Source: Candidatus Omnitrophota bacterium (GTDB lineage: Bacteria > Omnitrophota > Gorgyraeia > Zapsychrales > Fredricksoniimonadaceae). From it: DNA of 64,000 nucleotides. The stretch covers positions 272,648-336,647 of the forward strand of contig CAIOPG010000004.1 in NCBI GenBank assembly GCA_903860135.1, written 5' to 3'. Every line of letters begins with the position of its first letter. Positions within the stretch are counted from its first letter, which is position 1. Both the position numbers and the translations under genes were made by a program. The notes under the pieces were generated by a model that ran no database searches, was not told the DNA's origin, and worked only from the letters and a program-made list of their open reading frames with translations. Below are positions 51,680 through 61,343 of the stretch, piece by piece.

Positions 51680-53479
51680 ATGCCTGAGCTATCTTGCCGT
51701 TACTGGTTTCTTGCCTGTTGTCGATTACAAGAAAAACTATTCATGTTAGACATTGTTCAGCGTATGCGTTATGGTTGGCCTTGGTTTTTGCTGGCAGGAT
51801 TGATGCTGGCTGTTTATTGGCCTTCTTTCTGGGCGCAGTACATTAATTATGATGATCCGGGGCATTTTCTTAACGGTCTTTTTTCAAAGCCGGGCAGTAT
51901 TTTCCTGACAGGCAATAGCGTTTACAAGACGTATGTTCCGTTAAGCATTATTAGTGCGTATATTGAGAATATCTTCTTCAAAACAAATCCTCACGTGACA
52001 CATATCATCAATTTTCTTCTGCATGGGTGTGTGGTATTTCTGATTTTTCATTTGGCGTGCCGTCTGGGTGTAAAAAAGCCGGCGGCATATATCGCGGCAC
52101 TTATTTTTGCGGTGCACCCGATGCATGTCGAATCGGTCGCCTGGGCCACAGAAAGAAAGGGGCTTCTTTATGCTAATTTCTATCTGATGGCGCTGCTTTT
52201 TTATTGTGATTATGCCGACACGAAAGCGGCACGCGCCTATGTCTTTGCCTTGGCCTGCGCGCTGTTGAGTGTGTTGTCCAAGCCCATGGCGCTGAGCTTG
52301 CCGCTGGTCTTGTTCTTGATCGATTACATGAGGGGCAGGGGGTTGTCTTTGGCCGGTGTTATGGACAAGGTGCCTTTCTTTTTGGTTGTTGAACCTGTGG
52401 TTTTGATCACATATCTACAAAACAGCAGGCATCTGGACATGGTTTGGCCCGGGGCCTTGATGTTGTGGGCCTGGTGCGGTGCCTTTTATATTAATACATT
52501 CTTTTGGCCGGCGCATTTGTTGCCTCTTTATGGGCCTCCGGTGATGGAAGGCTTCTCGTTGGTGGCACAGATCTTTTTGCCGGTTGCCGGGAGTGCGGGG
52601 GCGTGGCTTGTGTTGCGGGAGGCTACAAGAAAGTGGATTGTCTTCGCGTTGTTTTTTTATTTTTTATCAACCTTCTTTTTGTGGCGTTTCGACATCGTGC
52701 AGGATTTAAATTTTGTTGCAGATCGTTTCATGTATCTTCCCAGTTTTGGCTTTTGCCTGTTGGTGGGCGTTGTTGTTCATGAATGGTTTTTGAGTTTACA
52801 GGTTGTGCGGCAAAAGATTCTGTTCTGGATGGTGATCCTTGTTATTTTGACGTCGATGATTTATAAATCCTGCCAGCAAGTCCGGGTGTGGGATAACGGG
52901 GTTCGATTTTTTAGTTGTATTCTTGAGGAGCGGCCGGGTATGTTTTTTGCTTTGGTGGGCAGGATACGCGCGGTGTTGGGAGTGGACCCTGTCTTTGAGC
53001 GCGGAGGGGATGATGATATCAGACAATCGGTTGATCCCAGATATTGGCGCGCGGTGGCGCGGCGGCAAGGAGGCGAGGTTGAAATACAAAGAAAGACATT
53101 TTATTTAAGGCAGCTTTGGGCGTTGAGAGACCTCAGGGTTCTTGCCCAGAACTATGCTGGCAGTGCGAGTTATAATTGTTATTCGGCCGTTGTCCATGAG
53201 AATTGGTGCCACAATAATAATGCGGCGTGCGGAAAGTCTTTGGATGCGTATTCTCTGGCGATAGGTGTTGCCGGCAACAATGCACAGTTGTTCTTCGGCC
53301 GGGGGCGCCTTGCCTTGAAAATGAATCGGAATAAAGCGGCATTGAGGGATGCGCTGACAGCGATAAAGCTTTCACCCGGGACAGCCGCTTACCATGAACT
53401 GGCTGTTTTATCGGCACTGCACGGCAGGGACGTTGTATTAGCCAAGCATCTTTTTGCTAGATTTCAGCGTCAGCGTTAA
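51680..53479 (+). CDS. TMTC-like GT-C glycosyltransferase with TPR repeats
   Basis: NYDD, HPMHVESVAWATERK, LSKP, ADRFMYLP; many TM segments; TPR-like tail; start codon uncertain. Confidence 0.8.
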   Translation: MPELSCRYWFLACCRLQEKLFMLDIVQRMRYGWPWFLLAGLMLAVYWPSFWAQYINYDDPGHFLNGLFSKPGSIFLTGNSVYKTYVPLSIISAYIENIFFKTNPHVTHIINFLLHGCVVFLIFHLACRLGVKKPAAYIAALIFAVHPMHVESVAWATERKGLLYANFYLMALLFYCDYADTKAARAYVFALACALLSVLSKPMALSLPLVLFLIDYMRGRGLSLAGVMDKVPFFLVVEPVVLITYLQNSRHLDMVWPGALMLWAWCGAFYINTFFWPAHLLPLYGPPVMEGFSLVAQIFLPVAGSAGAWLVLREATRKWIVFALFFYFLSTFFLWRFDIVQDLNFVADRFMYLPSFGFCLLVGVVVHEWFLSLQVVRQKILFWMVILVILTSMIYKSCQQVRVWDNGVRFFSCILEERPGMFFALVGRIRAVLGVDPVFERGGDDDIRQSVDPRYWRAVARRQGGEVEIQRKTFYLRQLWALRDLRVLAQNYAGSASYNCYSAVVHENWCHNNNAACGKSLDAYSLAIGVAGNNAQLFFGRGRLALKMNRNKAALRDALTAIKLSPGTAAYHELAVLSALHGRDVVLAKHLFARFQRQR

Positions 53480-53706
53480 AGCCATGAGGATGTGTCCATG
53501 TTTAAAAGAATCCCGGTGATCAAGGCCTTGCACTGCGCACGCAAGCGATGTCAGACCCAGAAGCTGATGGGCAGATGACCTCGGCCGCTGCGGACGATGG
53601 CCGTGTGGTTTCTCACCCGTAGTCCTTTTAAAACATAGAATTCATGTTAAAATAAATATTTCAATCCGGCATTAGGTTCGAAGGATAAAGATGAGGGAAA
53701 TATTGA

Positions 53707-54168
53707 ATGCCTGAAAAGTCGCGGAACGTCAAAGAACGGTTGTACCGGCTTTTGATATTGAACAGTTCACCGCATGGCATCGCGTTGGGGGTGGCTGTGG
53801 GTGTTTTTATCGGGATGCTGCCGCTCTACGGCTTGCACACGGGGCTGGTTATCGTTGCCGCGTTTGTATTGAAAGATGTGAATAAGGTTGCGATCTTCTT
53901 AGGGACCAGTGTATCGATTCCACCGACGGTGCCGTTCATTTCATGGGCCGGTTACAGCATTGGCACGTTTGTGTTGGGCGGAACTTATCCGCCGTTCCCG
54001 TGGGATTTCTTTAGTCATTTTTCTTACCGGGAATTGTGGCGTCTTTATTTGCCGTTGTTTACGGGCAGTCTTATCCTGGCTTTTGTGTCGGCAGTTGTAT
54101 TTTATGTTTTGATCATATGGGGCGCGGGCAAATGGATGGCGCGCCGGCAGCGGCGGGCAAGGGCATGA
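53707..54168 (+). CDS. DUF2062 family membrane protein
   Basis: SPHGIALGVAVGVFIG.LP.YG.HT. Confidence 0.85.
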   Translation: MPEKSRNVKERLYRLLILNSSPHGIALGVAVGVFIGMLPLYGLHTGLVIVAAFVLKDVNKVAIFLGTSVSIPPTVPFISWAGYSIGTFVLGGTYPPFPWDFFSHFSYRELWRLYLPLFTGSLILAFVSAVVFYVLIIWGAGKWMARRQRRARA

Positions 54169-54181
54169 TCAGGGTGACGCG

Positions 54182-54442
54182 ATGGACTATGTAAAGCAGA
54201 GCGACTTGCTCAAGGCATTGGCACATCCGGTTCGGCTCAGGATGGTTGAGGGCCTCTTGGGGCATGAGTGTCATGTGGACAGGATGGTCCGTGGCCTCGG
54301 ACTGCCACAATCGACGGTGTCTCAGCATCTGGGCGTGCTCAAAAGCAAGGGCATTGTTCAGGTGCGTAAAGAAGGCGTTAAAACGTGTTATAAGGTGCTG
54401 CATCCGGCCGTGGCCAAGATCGTGGCGGCACTCGGGAAATAA
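54182..54442 (+). CDS. ArsR/SmtB family transcriptional regulator
   Basis: [19 protein letters not shown]. Confidence 0.9.
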   Translation: MDYVKQSDLLKALAHPVRLRMVEGLLGHECHVDRMVRGLGLPQSTVSQHLGVLKSKGIVQVRKEGVKTCYKVLHPAVAKIVAALGK

Positions 54443-54462
54443 AATACGACGGAAAGGTTGTT

Positions 54463-56196
54463 ATGAGCGTATCGCCGGAAGATCAGCCCAGGGATTTTAT
54501 CCGCGACATTGTTGCGGGGCATGTTGAGGAAAAAAGGTATCCGGGTATCGTGACGCGTTTTCCGCCGGAGCCCAATGGGTATCTGCATATCGGGCACGCG
54601 AAATCGATCTGCCTTAATTTCGGGATCGCCCGGGAAAATAACGGGCGCTGCAACCTGCGCATGGACGATACCAATCCGGCGAAGGAAGATGTGGAGTATG
54701 TCGATTCGATCACGGCTGATGTGGCGTGGCTGATCGACGGTTGGGCCAACAAAGCCCTGGGGTTAAGAGCCGACGGGAGGCCGTTCTTTGCCAGTGATTA
54801 TTTTGACGCGCTGTATGAATATGCGCTCACGCTGATCCGCAAGGGCAAGGCCTATGTGTGCGACCTGACGCCTGAGGATACGGATAAATTCCGCGGCGCG
54901 CCCGACAAGCCCGGCGTGGAAAGCCCGTTCCGTTATCGTGCGATGGAGGAAAGCTTGGATCTTTTCCAGCGCATGAAAGCCGGAGAGTTTCCCAACGGCG
55001 CGCGAACCCTGCGCGCCAGGATCGATATGGCCGCGCCGAATGTCTGGCTGCGCGACCCGATCCTTTACCGGATCCGTCATACGGAACACCACCAGTCCGG
55101 CCGGCAGTGGTGCATTTATCCGATGTATGATTTTGCGCATGGCCTGAGTGATTATACCGAGGGGGTCACCCACAGCATTTGCACCCTTGAATTTGAGGTG
55201 CACCGCCCGCTGTATGACTGGATCCTCGAGGTGCTCGACCTTCCTTTGCCGTTGCCGCATCAATATGAATTTGCCCGTTTGAATGTAACGCATACGGTCA
55301 TGAGCAAGCGCAAACTTCTGGAACTTGTTCAGAAGGGACTGGTGTCCGGGTGGGATGACCCGCGCATGCCCACGATCTCCGGTATGCGGCGACGGGGCTA
55401 TCCGGCCGCGGCGATCCGGGAATTTTGCCGTCGCATCGGTGTGGGTAAAGTGGAGAATATGATCGACCTTTCCCTGCTGGAATTTTGTGTGCGCGAACAG
55501 CTTAACAAAGCAGCGTTACGCCGGATGGCCGTGCTCCGGCCGCTTAAAGTTGTGATCGAGAATTATCCTGACGGGCAGACGGAACAGCTGGCGGCGGTCA
55601 ATAACCCCGAAGACGCTGGTGCCGGGTCGCGGCTGGTGCCTTTCAGCAAGGTCATTTACATCGAGCAGGATGACTTTCGCGAGAACCCACCCAAGGAGTT
55701 CTTCCGCCTGGCACCGGGGCGTGAGGTGCGGTTGCGGTATGCGTATTTCATTGTCTGCCGCGATGTTGTTAAAGACCCGCTGACGGGTGCGGTTGTGGAA
55801 TTGCACTGTACCTATGATCCCGCCACGCGCGGGGGGGATTCGCCCGACGGGCGTAAAGTGAAGTCCACAATCCACTGGGTGGCGGCGAACGAGGCGGAGG
55901 ATATTGATGTCCGGCTGTATGACCGTTTGTTTACCGTTGAAGACCCGGCAAGGATCGAGTCTGGCGTGGACTACAAGGAGCTTCTCAATGCCTCATCCTT
56001 GACGCTGATCAGCCAGGCCAAGGCGGAGCCGTCGTTGCTGACGGCTGTGCCGGGGGCGGTGGTGCAGTTTGAGCGCCTGGGGTATTTTTGTGTGGACCGG
56101 GACAGCTCATCCGGGCATAAAATATTCAATCGTACGGTAACACTCAAAGATGACTGGGCGAAGATCGAAAAACGGGGCTGTTTGCCCAAGCGTTAA
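54463..56196 (+). CDS. glnS: glutamine--tRNA ligase
   Basis: [35 protein letters not shown]. Confidence 0.97.
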   Translation: MSVSPEDQPRDFIRDIVAGHVEEKRYPGIVTRFPPEPNGYLHIGHAKSICLNFGIARENNGRCNLRMDDTNPAKEDVEYVDSITADVAWLIDGWANKALGLRADGRPFFASDYFDALYEYALTLIRKGKAYVCDLTPEDTDKFRGAPDKPGVESPFRYRAMEESLDLFQRMKAGEFPNGARTLRARIDMAAPNVWLRDPILYRIRHTEHHQSGRQWCIYPMYDFAHGLSDYTEGVTHSICTLEFEVHRPLYDWILEVLDLPLPLPHQYEFARLNVTHTVMSKRKLLELVQKGLVSGWDDPRMPTISGMRRRGYPAAAIREFCRRIGVGKVENMIDLSLLEFCVREQLNKAALRRMAVLRPLKVVIENYPDGQTEQLAAVNNPEDAGAGSRLVPFSKVIYIEQDDFRENPPKEFFRLAPGREVRLRYAYFIVCRDVVKDPLTGAVVELHCTYDPATRGGDSPDGRKVKSTIHWVAANEAEDIDVRLYDRLFTVEDPARIESGVDYKELLNASSLTLISQAKAEPSLLTAVPGAVVQFERLGYFCVDRDSSSGHKIFNRTVTLKDDWAKIEKRGCLPKR

Positions 56197-56290
56197 CAGG
56201 TGATGATTTTTATGAAATTTGTATGTTTTCAGGGTATACTTTAAAAAGAATTAAAAGATAACAGCAAGTTAAACCTCCAGGGGAGAAGAA

Positions 56291-56701
56291 ATGAAAAAGT
56301 TTATCAAAGCTGACGGCTGGGTTAAAGTTCCGGTACAGACCAAGGCGTATCCCTTGCAAGCGATCTATTCTGCCGGATATGTTTTCATGGACAAGGCATA
56401 CCTTTACCTTGACCTTGAGGCCAAGGACAAGGTGGTGGTGTGGCTTAAGCCCAAGGCCAAGGCTGACCTTGACAAGCTGGCCATGGAGTTTTGCCAGGAA
56501 CTTTTAAATTACGCGCATTATTTCTCCAGTTTGAAAGTCAATGCCGAGAGCACGAAGCTTCTCTTGCAGCGCGCGCTATTTTCGGCGGCTCCGTCGATGG
56601 TCAAGGAAGCTGAAGAGAAAGAGATCCAGGACCTCATCAAGGAGCTCGAGCAGGAAGAGGAGAAAGAAAACCGCAAGCCTGTCAAGAAAGGCAAGAAATG
56701 A
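56291..56701 (+). CDS. hxsD: His-Xaa-Ser system protein HxsD-like
   Basis: YPLQAIYSAGYVFMDKAY...LAMEFCQELLNY...LLQRALF pattern; upstream of hxsB. Confidence 0.75.
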   Translation: MKKFIKADGWVKVPVQTKAYPLQAIYSAGYVFMDKAYLYLDLEAKDKVVVWLKPKAKADLDKLAMEFCQELLNYAHYFSSLKVNAESTKLLLQRALFSAAPSMVKEAEEKEIQDLIKELEQEEEKENRKPVKKGKK

Positions 56702-56925
56702 GCACGCCTTTTTTAAAGAAAGACAAGACGGGCATTTGCCTTAAACTGCATACGGCTCTGTATGGGCACGATGCCATTGAGCAGTTCAGGGGTGCTTACG
56801 GTGACGGGCTGACATTCGTCAGGCGTGGCGCGTACTGGATCCTTTCTTTTGCCGATGCCCTTGAAGAAGATGTTGTTGATTCTCTGGACAGCCTTCTGGT
56901 TTTATCGCGGAACAGAAAAAAGTAA
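56698..56925 (+). CDS. small hypothetical protein, possibly a second HxsD-like domain
   Basis: ATGA overlap with hxsD; LYGHDAIEQF resembles the HxsD N-terminal pattern. Confidence 0.55.
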   Translation: MSTPFLKKDKTGICLKLHTALYGHDAIEQFRGAYGDGLTFVRRGAYWILSFADALEEDVVDSLDSLLVLSRNRKK

Positions 56926-56952
56926 TATCAATCCTATTGTGAGAGATGCCCT

Positions 56953-58356
56953 ATGGCCCGAACGAATGATGACGTGATCCTGCCGTTCAATTCCGCTAGG
57001 ATCCGTGATAAATATCTGGTAACAAATATGCTCGGTGCCTGGGAGGTGCTTGATCCGGCGGAATTCAGGCTGTTGAATGCCTTAAAACCCCTGCCCGGGA
57101 CGCCGCTGTGGACGCGCCTCAAAGAGCGCGGGATCGTGGTCGATGACAAGAATATCCTGCCCATGCTTCAGAAGTACCGGGAGCTTAACAGCAATCTTTT
57201 TTCAGATACGTCATTGCACATCGCGGTGGCAACGACGAAATGTAATTTAAGCTGTGCGTATTGTCAGGCAGGAGCCGTACCTCAAGAGGATATGACGTAT
57301 GAGGTGGCCGCCAAGGTGCTCGAATATCTTTTTGGTGTGCGCAATACATCTGTTTCTCTGGAATTCCAGGGCGGGGAGCCGCTCATGAACTGGCCGGTGG
57401 TCAAGTTTGCCATTGAACATGCGCGTCAATATAATACGACGGGAAAGAAGCTCAGGATTTCTGTTGTGACCAATATGCTTCTATTGGATGATGAAAAAAT
57501 GAAGGTTTTGGCGGACAACGATGTTGACGTGTGCACATCTTTAGATGGCCCTAAAGCGGTGCATGATAAAAACAGAAAGTATGTGAGCGGCCTTGGTTCA
57601 TATGACGAGGTGATGGCCAAGATCCGGCGCTTCAAGGAAAGATTTGGCCGGTCTACAGGTCTTTTAGCTACGATTACGGCGGCTTCACTCGATCATGCCG
57701 AGGCGATCGTGGATGAGTATGTCCGGCTTGGCCATACGGAGATATGCCTGCGGCCTGTTAATAACATGGGCACGGCGCGTTGTTCCTGGAGTGATATTGG
57801 TTATTCAGCGGAAGAGTTCAATGCCTTTTACGGTCGCGCGATGGATCACATCCTGAAGCTGAACGCCAAGGGGACATTGATGATGGAGCGGATGGCGCGT
57901 GTGATCCTGACCAAGGTGCTCGAGGGGAAGGACCCCGGGTATGTGGATCTCATGAACCCTTGCGGCGCCGGGCGCACGACCATGGCGTATATGCCCGACG
58001 GCAGTTGTTATCCGTGCGATGAAGCGCGCATGATCGGCGAAGACATGTTCAAGCTGGGGAATATCCTTTTAGAAACATATGATGACATGATCAAGAAAGA
58101 AAACCTGCAACATCTTTTGCAGGCGTCATGTACGAATTTATGGCAGGCGTCGTCAGTGTTTTCCCCCTGGAGCGGGCATTGCCCGGTGGTCAATTATGCC
58201 CTTCAGCAGAATATTGTCCCCAAGGTGCACTGCTCTTCCCAGCACAAGATCATGACCGGGCAGTTCATGTATTTATTTGACAAGATCGTGGCGCAAGGGG
58301 CGGCTCTGGAGACATTCAAGCGGTGGTTAGCAGGAGACAGTCATGGAAAAAAATAA
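56953..58356 (+). CDS. hxsB: His-Xaa-Ser system radical SAM maturase HxsB-like
   Basis: YLVTN..G.W, SLHIAVATTKCNLSCAYCQA, LEFQGGEPLMN, TSLDGP, GYVDLMNPCGAG, YPCDEARM. Confidence 0.85.
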   Translation: MARTNDDVILPFNSARIRDKYLVTNMLGAWEVLDPAEFRLLNALKPLPGTPLWTRLKERGIVVDDKNILPMLQKYRELNSNLFSDTSLHIAVATTKCNLSCAYCQAGAVPQEDMTYEVAAKVLEYLFGVRNTSVSLEFQGGEPLMNWPVVKFAIEHARQYNTTGKKLRISVVTNMLLLDDEKMKVLADNDVDVCTSLDGPKAVHDKNRKYVSGLGSYDEVMAKIRRFKERFGRSTGLLATITAASLDHAEAIVDEYVRLGHTEICLRPVNNMGTARCSWSDIGYSAEEFNAFYGRAMDHILKLNAKGTLMMERMARVILTKVLEGKDPGYVDLMNPCGAGRTTMAYMPDGSCYPCDEARMIGEDMFKLGNILLETYDDMIKKENLQHLLQASCTNLWQASSVFSPWSGHCPVVNYALQQNIVPKVHCSSQHKIMTGQFMYLFDKIVAQGAALETFKRWLAGDSHGKK

Positions 58357-58636
58357 GAAACAACCCCGGAAGAAGATCGAGATCAAAAAGACCCTGAAAG
58401 CTTTTCTGGCCGATGAGGATGGCTTTGTGAGCAAGGAAACGATCCTCAAGGTCGGCCTCGCCACGGTGGCCGGCATCGGGGTGTTGGGTGCGATGTCACC
58501 CGCTGACGCAGGGCATACCAATTATATGACGCATAATAACACGATGAATTTTACGCCGCAGGTTGTTGATGGTTGTTTGGTTCCCAACACAACGCACACG
58601 AATATGGATGTGCCGTATTCACATAACAGTTATTGA
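58343..58636 (+). CDS. putative precursor peptide with His-Xaa-Asn/Ser motifs
   Basis: AGGAG RBS; overlaps the hxsB stop; basic leader, hydrophobic segment, then HTN, HNN, HTN, HNS. Confidence 0.75.
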   Translation: MEKNKKQPRKKIEIKKTLKAFLADEDGFVSKETILKVGLATVAGIGVLGAMSPADAGHTNYMTHNNTMNFTPQVVDGCLVPNTTHTNMDVPYSHNSY

Positions 58637-58660
58637 AAAAGTTTCTGCGCGAGGGCCGCA

Positions 58661-59491
58661 ATGAAGAAGTTGTGCAGCATTAATTGTTTATTATTTCTAC
58701 TCGCCGTGTCGTTGTTTGCTGTCACATTTGCTGTTGCCCAAGAAGGGCCTGCACCTGGCGTGGAAGAATCCAGACCTCAGGAAGAAGCTTTGCCAGATGG
58801 TCAGGCATCGTCACATGATTTTTCCAGGATGAGCCCGGTGTTATGGTCTTACGCGGTGGCGGCGACGGATGGGGCGGTTTCGTGTCAGGAGTTATCGACA
58901 GAGAATGGCAAACGGTCGTGTCAACTAGAGGCTAAAGTATTGGCAAGTCGCAGATTGCTGGCAGAAGGACGGTGCGGGCGGTTTGAGTCAGGATCTATTG
59001 CTTTGAAGGTGTGCACGGCCATTAAGGGCAGGAGTTGTGCCTCTTGGCAGGAGCCGATCAGAAGCATATGTGAGGCTGTTATTAAGACAGGCGCAATGGA
59101 TCAACGCACGGTCATGGTGAAAGATGTTGCTGAAAAAGTTGAAATGGCATCACAGGAAGAAACAGATCAAGGCGTGGCGTGGCGGGCAGAGGTTGGCGGA
59201 TTGAAATTGAGCGACCTTGCCATACTTTTTGCAGTTATACAGGGATACCGTGAGCCCGTATTAACCCGACGACAGGAAACGTGCGAAGCGTATGCACGGG
59301 CATATTATGTTGGGGATGGCTTTGATCCTGAATATTTTCGATGTACCATACTGTTCAGCGATGATCCTGTTAAGAAGGCTAAGGATATTGATCGCGACCT
59401 GGACGTGTATCGTTCCGTGCGTAGCGGCGCGGGACGTGAGGCGTGTGACAGCATCCAAACGGTCGTATTGCGGGAAGCCTGCGTGCGTTAA
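58661..59491 (+). CDS. secreted Cys-rich hypothetical protein
   Basis: Sec signal ending AVA; 10 Cys in the mature part. Confidence 0.7.
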   Translation: MKKLCSINCLLFLLAVSLFAVTFAVAQEGPAPGVEESRPQEEALPDGQASSHDFSRMSPVLWSYAVAATDGAVSCQELSTENGKRSCQLEAKVLASRRLLAEGRCGRFESGSIALKVCTAIKGRSCASWQEPIRSICEAVIKTGAMDQRTVMVKDVAEKVEMASQEETDQGVAWRAEVGGLKLSDLAILFAVIQGYREPVLTRRQETCEAYARAYYVGDGFDPEYFRCTILFSDDPVKKAKDIDRDLDVYRSVRSGAGREACDSIQTVVLREACVR

Positions 59492-59494
59492 TTA

Positions 59495-60514
59495 TTATAC
59501 AGTTTCATGTGGTATAAGGTTCCCGACAGGGAACTTTTTTGTATAGACGGATCGATGTGATTTTATAAAAAGAGGATCCGGTGCCATATAAGAGCCAGAT
59601 ATTGTGTGGGCAAGTGCACGGCTTCCTCCACAGCATTGTGCCAGGCAGATACAAGCGTGGCAGGTCGCCGGAAGGTATGCGGGATCGTTGAGTTGCCTTA
59701 AGAAAGGATGTTTCCATGCGGCCTGCAGATCTGTACCCAGGTTTTCAGGGATAAAGTAACTTGGCTTCCAGAAGCCACGCGCATCCCAGACAAGCCTAGA
59801 ACGTCCGTCGTCGGCCTGGCCGCCAGCCATGACTTTCCTGGCGATTGAAGTGTTGAGCGGGAGGCACAGGGGGAGCGCGTTGCCGATGATGGCATGGATC
59901 CCGTCACCTTGGAGTTTGAGCAATGACCAGCATAATCCGCTATATCTCTTTCGGTCTTGGTCAGGCGGCAGGAACGGCCCAGTCATGGGTCGAAACAGTT
60001 CCCAGGTGTGTGGCCTGATCTTCTTGACAAGGGTCGTGTATTTCGAGAAATTTTGAAGGAGGGTTGGCGTGATCACCGTCCCAAGGCGGACGACAGGGAG
60101 GCAGGCCTTGAGCAGGAAGATATTTCTGATCTTTTCTTCGAATGAAGCGGATGTTCGGGTCATCGCTTGTGTTGAGGTGCTATTAAAGCCCTGCAGGGAA
60201 ATCAGGGCATTGTCAACATGGCTGATGAGGACATTGAGTGCTTGGGGTGTGAGTAAGGTTGCGTTGGTGTTCAGTAAGACATAGAATTTGTGTTGTTTGG
60301 CATAAGCCAGCATGCGCGACAGGTCTGGCACAAGCAAGGGTTCGCCGCCGGTAAAGCGCACGGCGGGAACGTGATAATGCCTGGCCTGGTCGAGGATGTC
60401 TTTGACGGCTGAGAATGTCATGTGCGGGGCGCGTGCGGCAGAATTGGTGCAGTAGCCGCAGTGCATATTGCATTGGCCGGTGATTTCGATGACGATTTCG
60501 GATGGATTCTTCAT
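59495..60514 (-). CDS. radical SAM/SPASM domain protein
   Basis: CNMHCGYC, FTGGEPL, C-terminal CHACICLAQCCGGSRA. Confidence 0.9.
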   Translation of the reverse strand: MKNPSEIVIEITGQCNMHCGYCTNSAARAPHMTFSAVKDILDQARHYHVPAVRFTGGEPLLVPDLSRMLAYAKQHKFYVLLNTNATLLTPQALNVLISHVDNALISLQGFNSTSTQAMTRTSASFEEKIRNIFLLKACLPVVRLGTVITPTLLQNFSKYTTLVKKIRPHTWELFRPMTGPFLPPDQDRKRYSGLCWSLLKLQGDGIHAIIGNALPLCLPLNTSIARKVMAGGQADDGRSRLVWDARGFWKPSYFIPENLGTDLQAAWKHPFLRQLNDPAYLPATCHACICLAQCCGGSRALAHTISGSYMAPDPLFIKSHRSVYTKKFPVGNLIPHETV

Positions 60515-60605
60515 GTGGCTTTCATGTGTTAAAGATTAATCGAATGTTGATTATAGCATGTGTGTGTTCACCATGCGTTTTGAAGAGAGATTCGGGGGTG
60601 TTGCC

Positions 60606-61343
60606 ATGAATAGGCCGTTGGTTTTCTTGCGCGATGATGATATAGGGACAGATGACGGCATTTTTTTTGAGTTGGCATCTTTTTATTCTGAACGACATAT
60701 CCCGGTTGTTTATGGGGTTATTCCGGATCGTTTGGAATTGCGCATGATCAGCGTCCTTCGGAAAGCCAAAAAGATTGATCCTGGTCTTGTTGATATTGTT
60801 CAGCATGGCTTTCGGCATATAAATTACGCGGCGCCTAAACTGGCAAAATATGAATTTGGCGCACGACGTACGTATGCGCAGCAGTTGCAGGATATTAAGT
60901 CGGGGCTAGGTATCATGCGTAATATTTTCAGTGAAGACTTTACACCAGCTTTTATTCCACCGTATCACGGGTATAATCAGGACACGTTAAAGATTATACA
61001 GGAACTTGGATTTTCTATTTTTTCAGCAGGGCAGTTGGCGGCTCTTTCCGGTAAGGCATTTCTTGATCTTCCGGCGAGGGTGTCTTTGAATGAATTTCAA
61101 CCTGATGGTTCTTCCAGGGTGCTCAATGTCCAAGAAATGATGGCAACGTTTCGGCGGGTGTTTGTGACAGGCGGTGTGATTGGCATTGTGTTTCATCATC
61201 ATCTCATTAAAACATCGGCAGATATGCGAGCGATGAAAGATTTCTTTCGTTCTTTGGTACGCTGGCGAGATGAGGAGAAAATAAGGTTCGGTCTTTTTTC
61301 TGATTTTATTCGTGCACAGGCCAAGAAAAGTGCGGTTGCATGA
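60606..61343 (+). CDS. polysaccharide deacetylase-like (NodB/DUF2334) protein
   Basis: FLRDDD, VQHGFRH, FIPPY, VFHH; probable start at ATG 60606. Confidence 0.75.
   Translation: MNRPLVFLRDDDIGTDDGIFFELASFYSERHIPVVYGVIPDRLELRMISVLRKAKKIDPGLVDIVQHGFRHINYAAPKLAKYEFGARRTYAQQLQDIKSGLGIMRNIFSEDFTPAFIPPYHGYNQDTLKIIQELGFSIFSAGQLAALSGKAFLDLPARVSLNEFQPDGSSRVLNVQEMMATFRRVFVTGGVIGIVFHHHLIKTSADMRAMKDFFRSLVRWRDEEKIRFGLFSDFIRAQAKKSAVA

Noticed and set aside
53498-53578. 26-aa ORF MFKRIPVIKALHCARKRCQTQKLMGR
   Set aside because: Weak RBS and no motif; cannot be supported without expression data.
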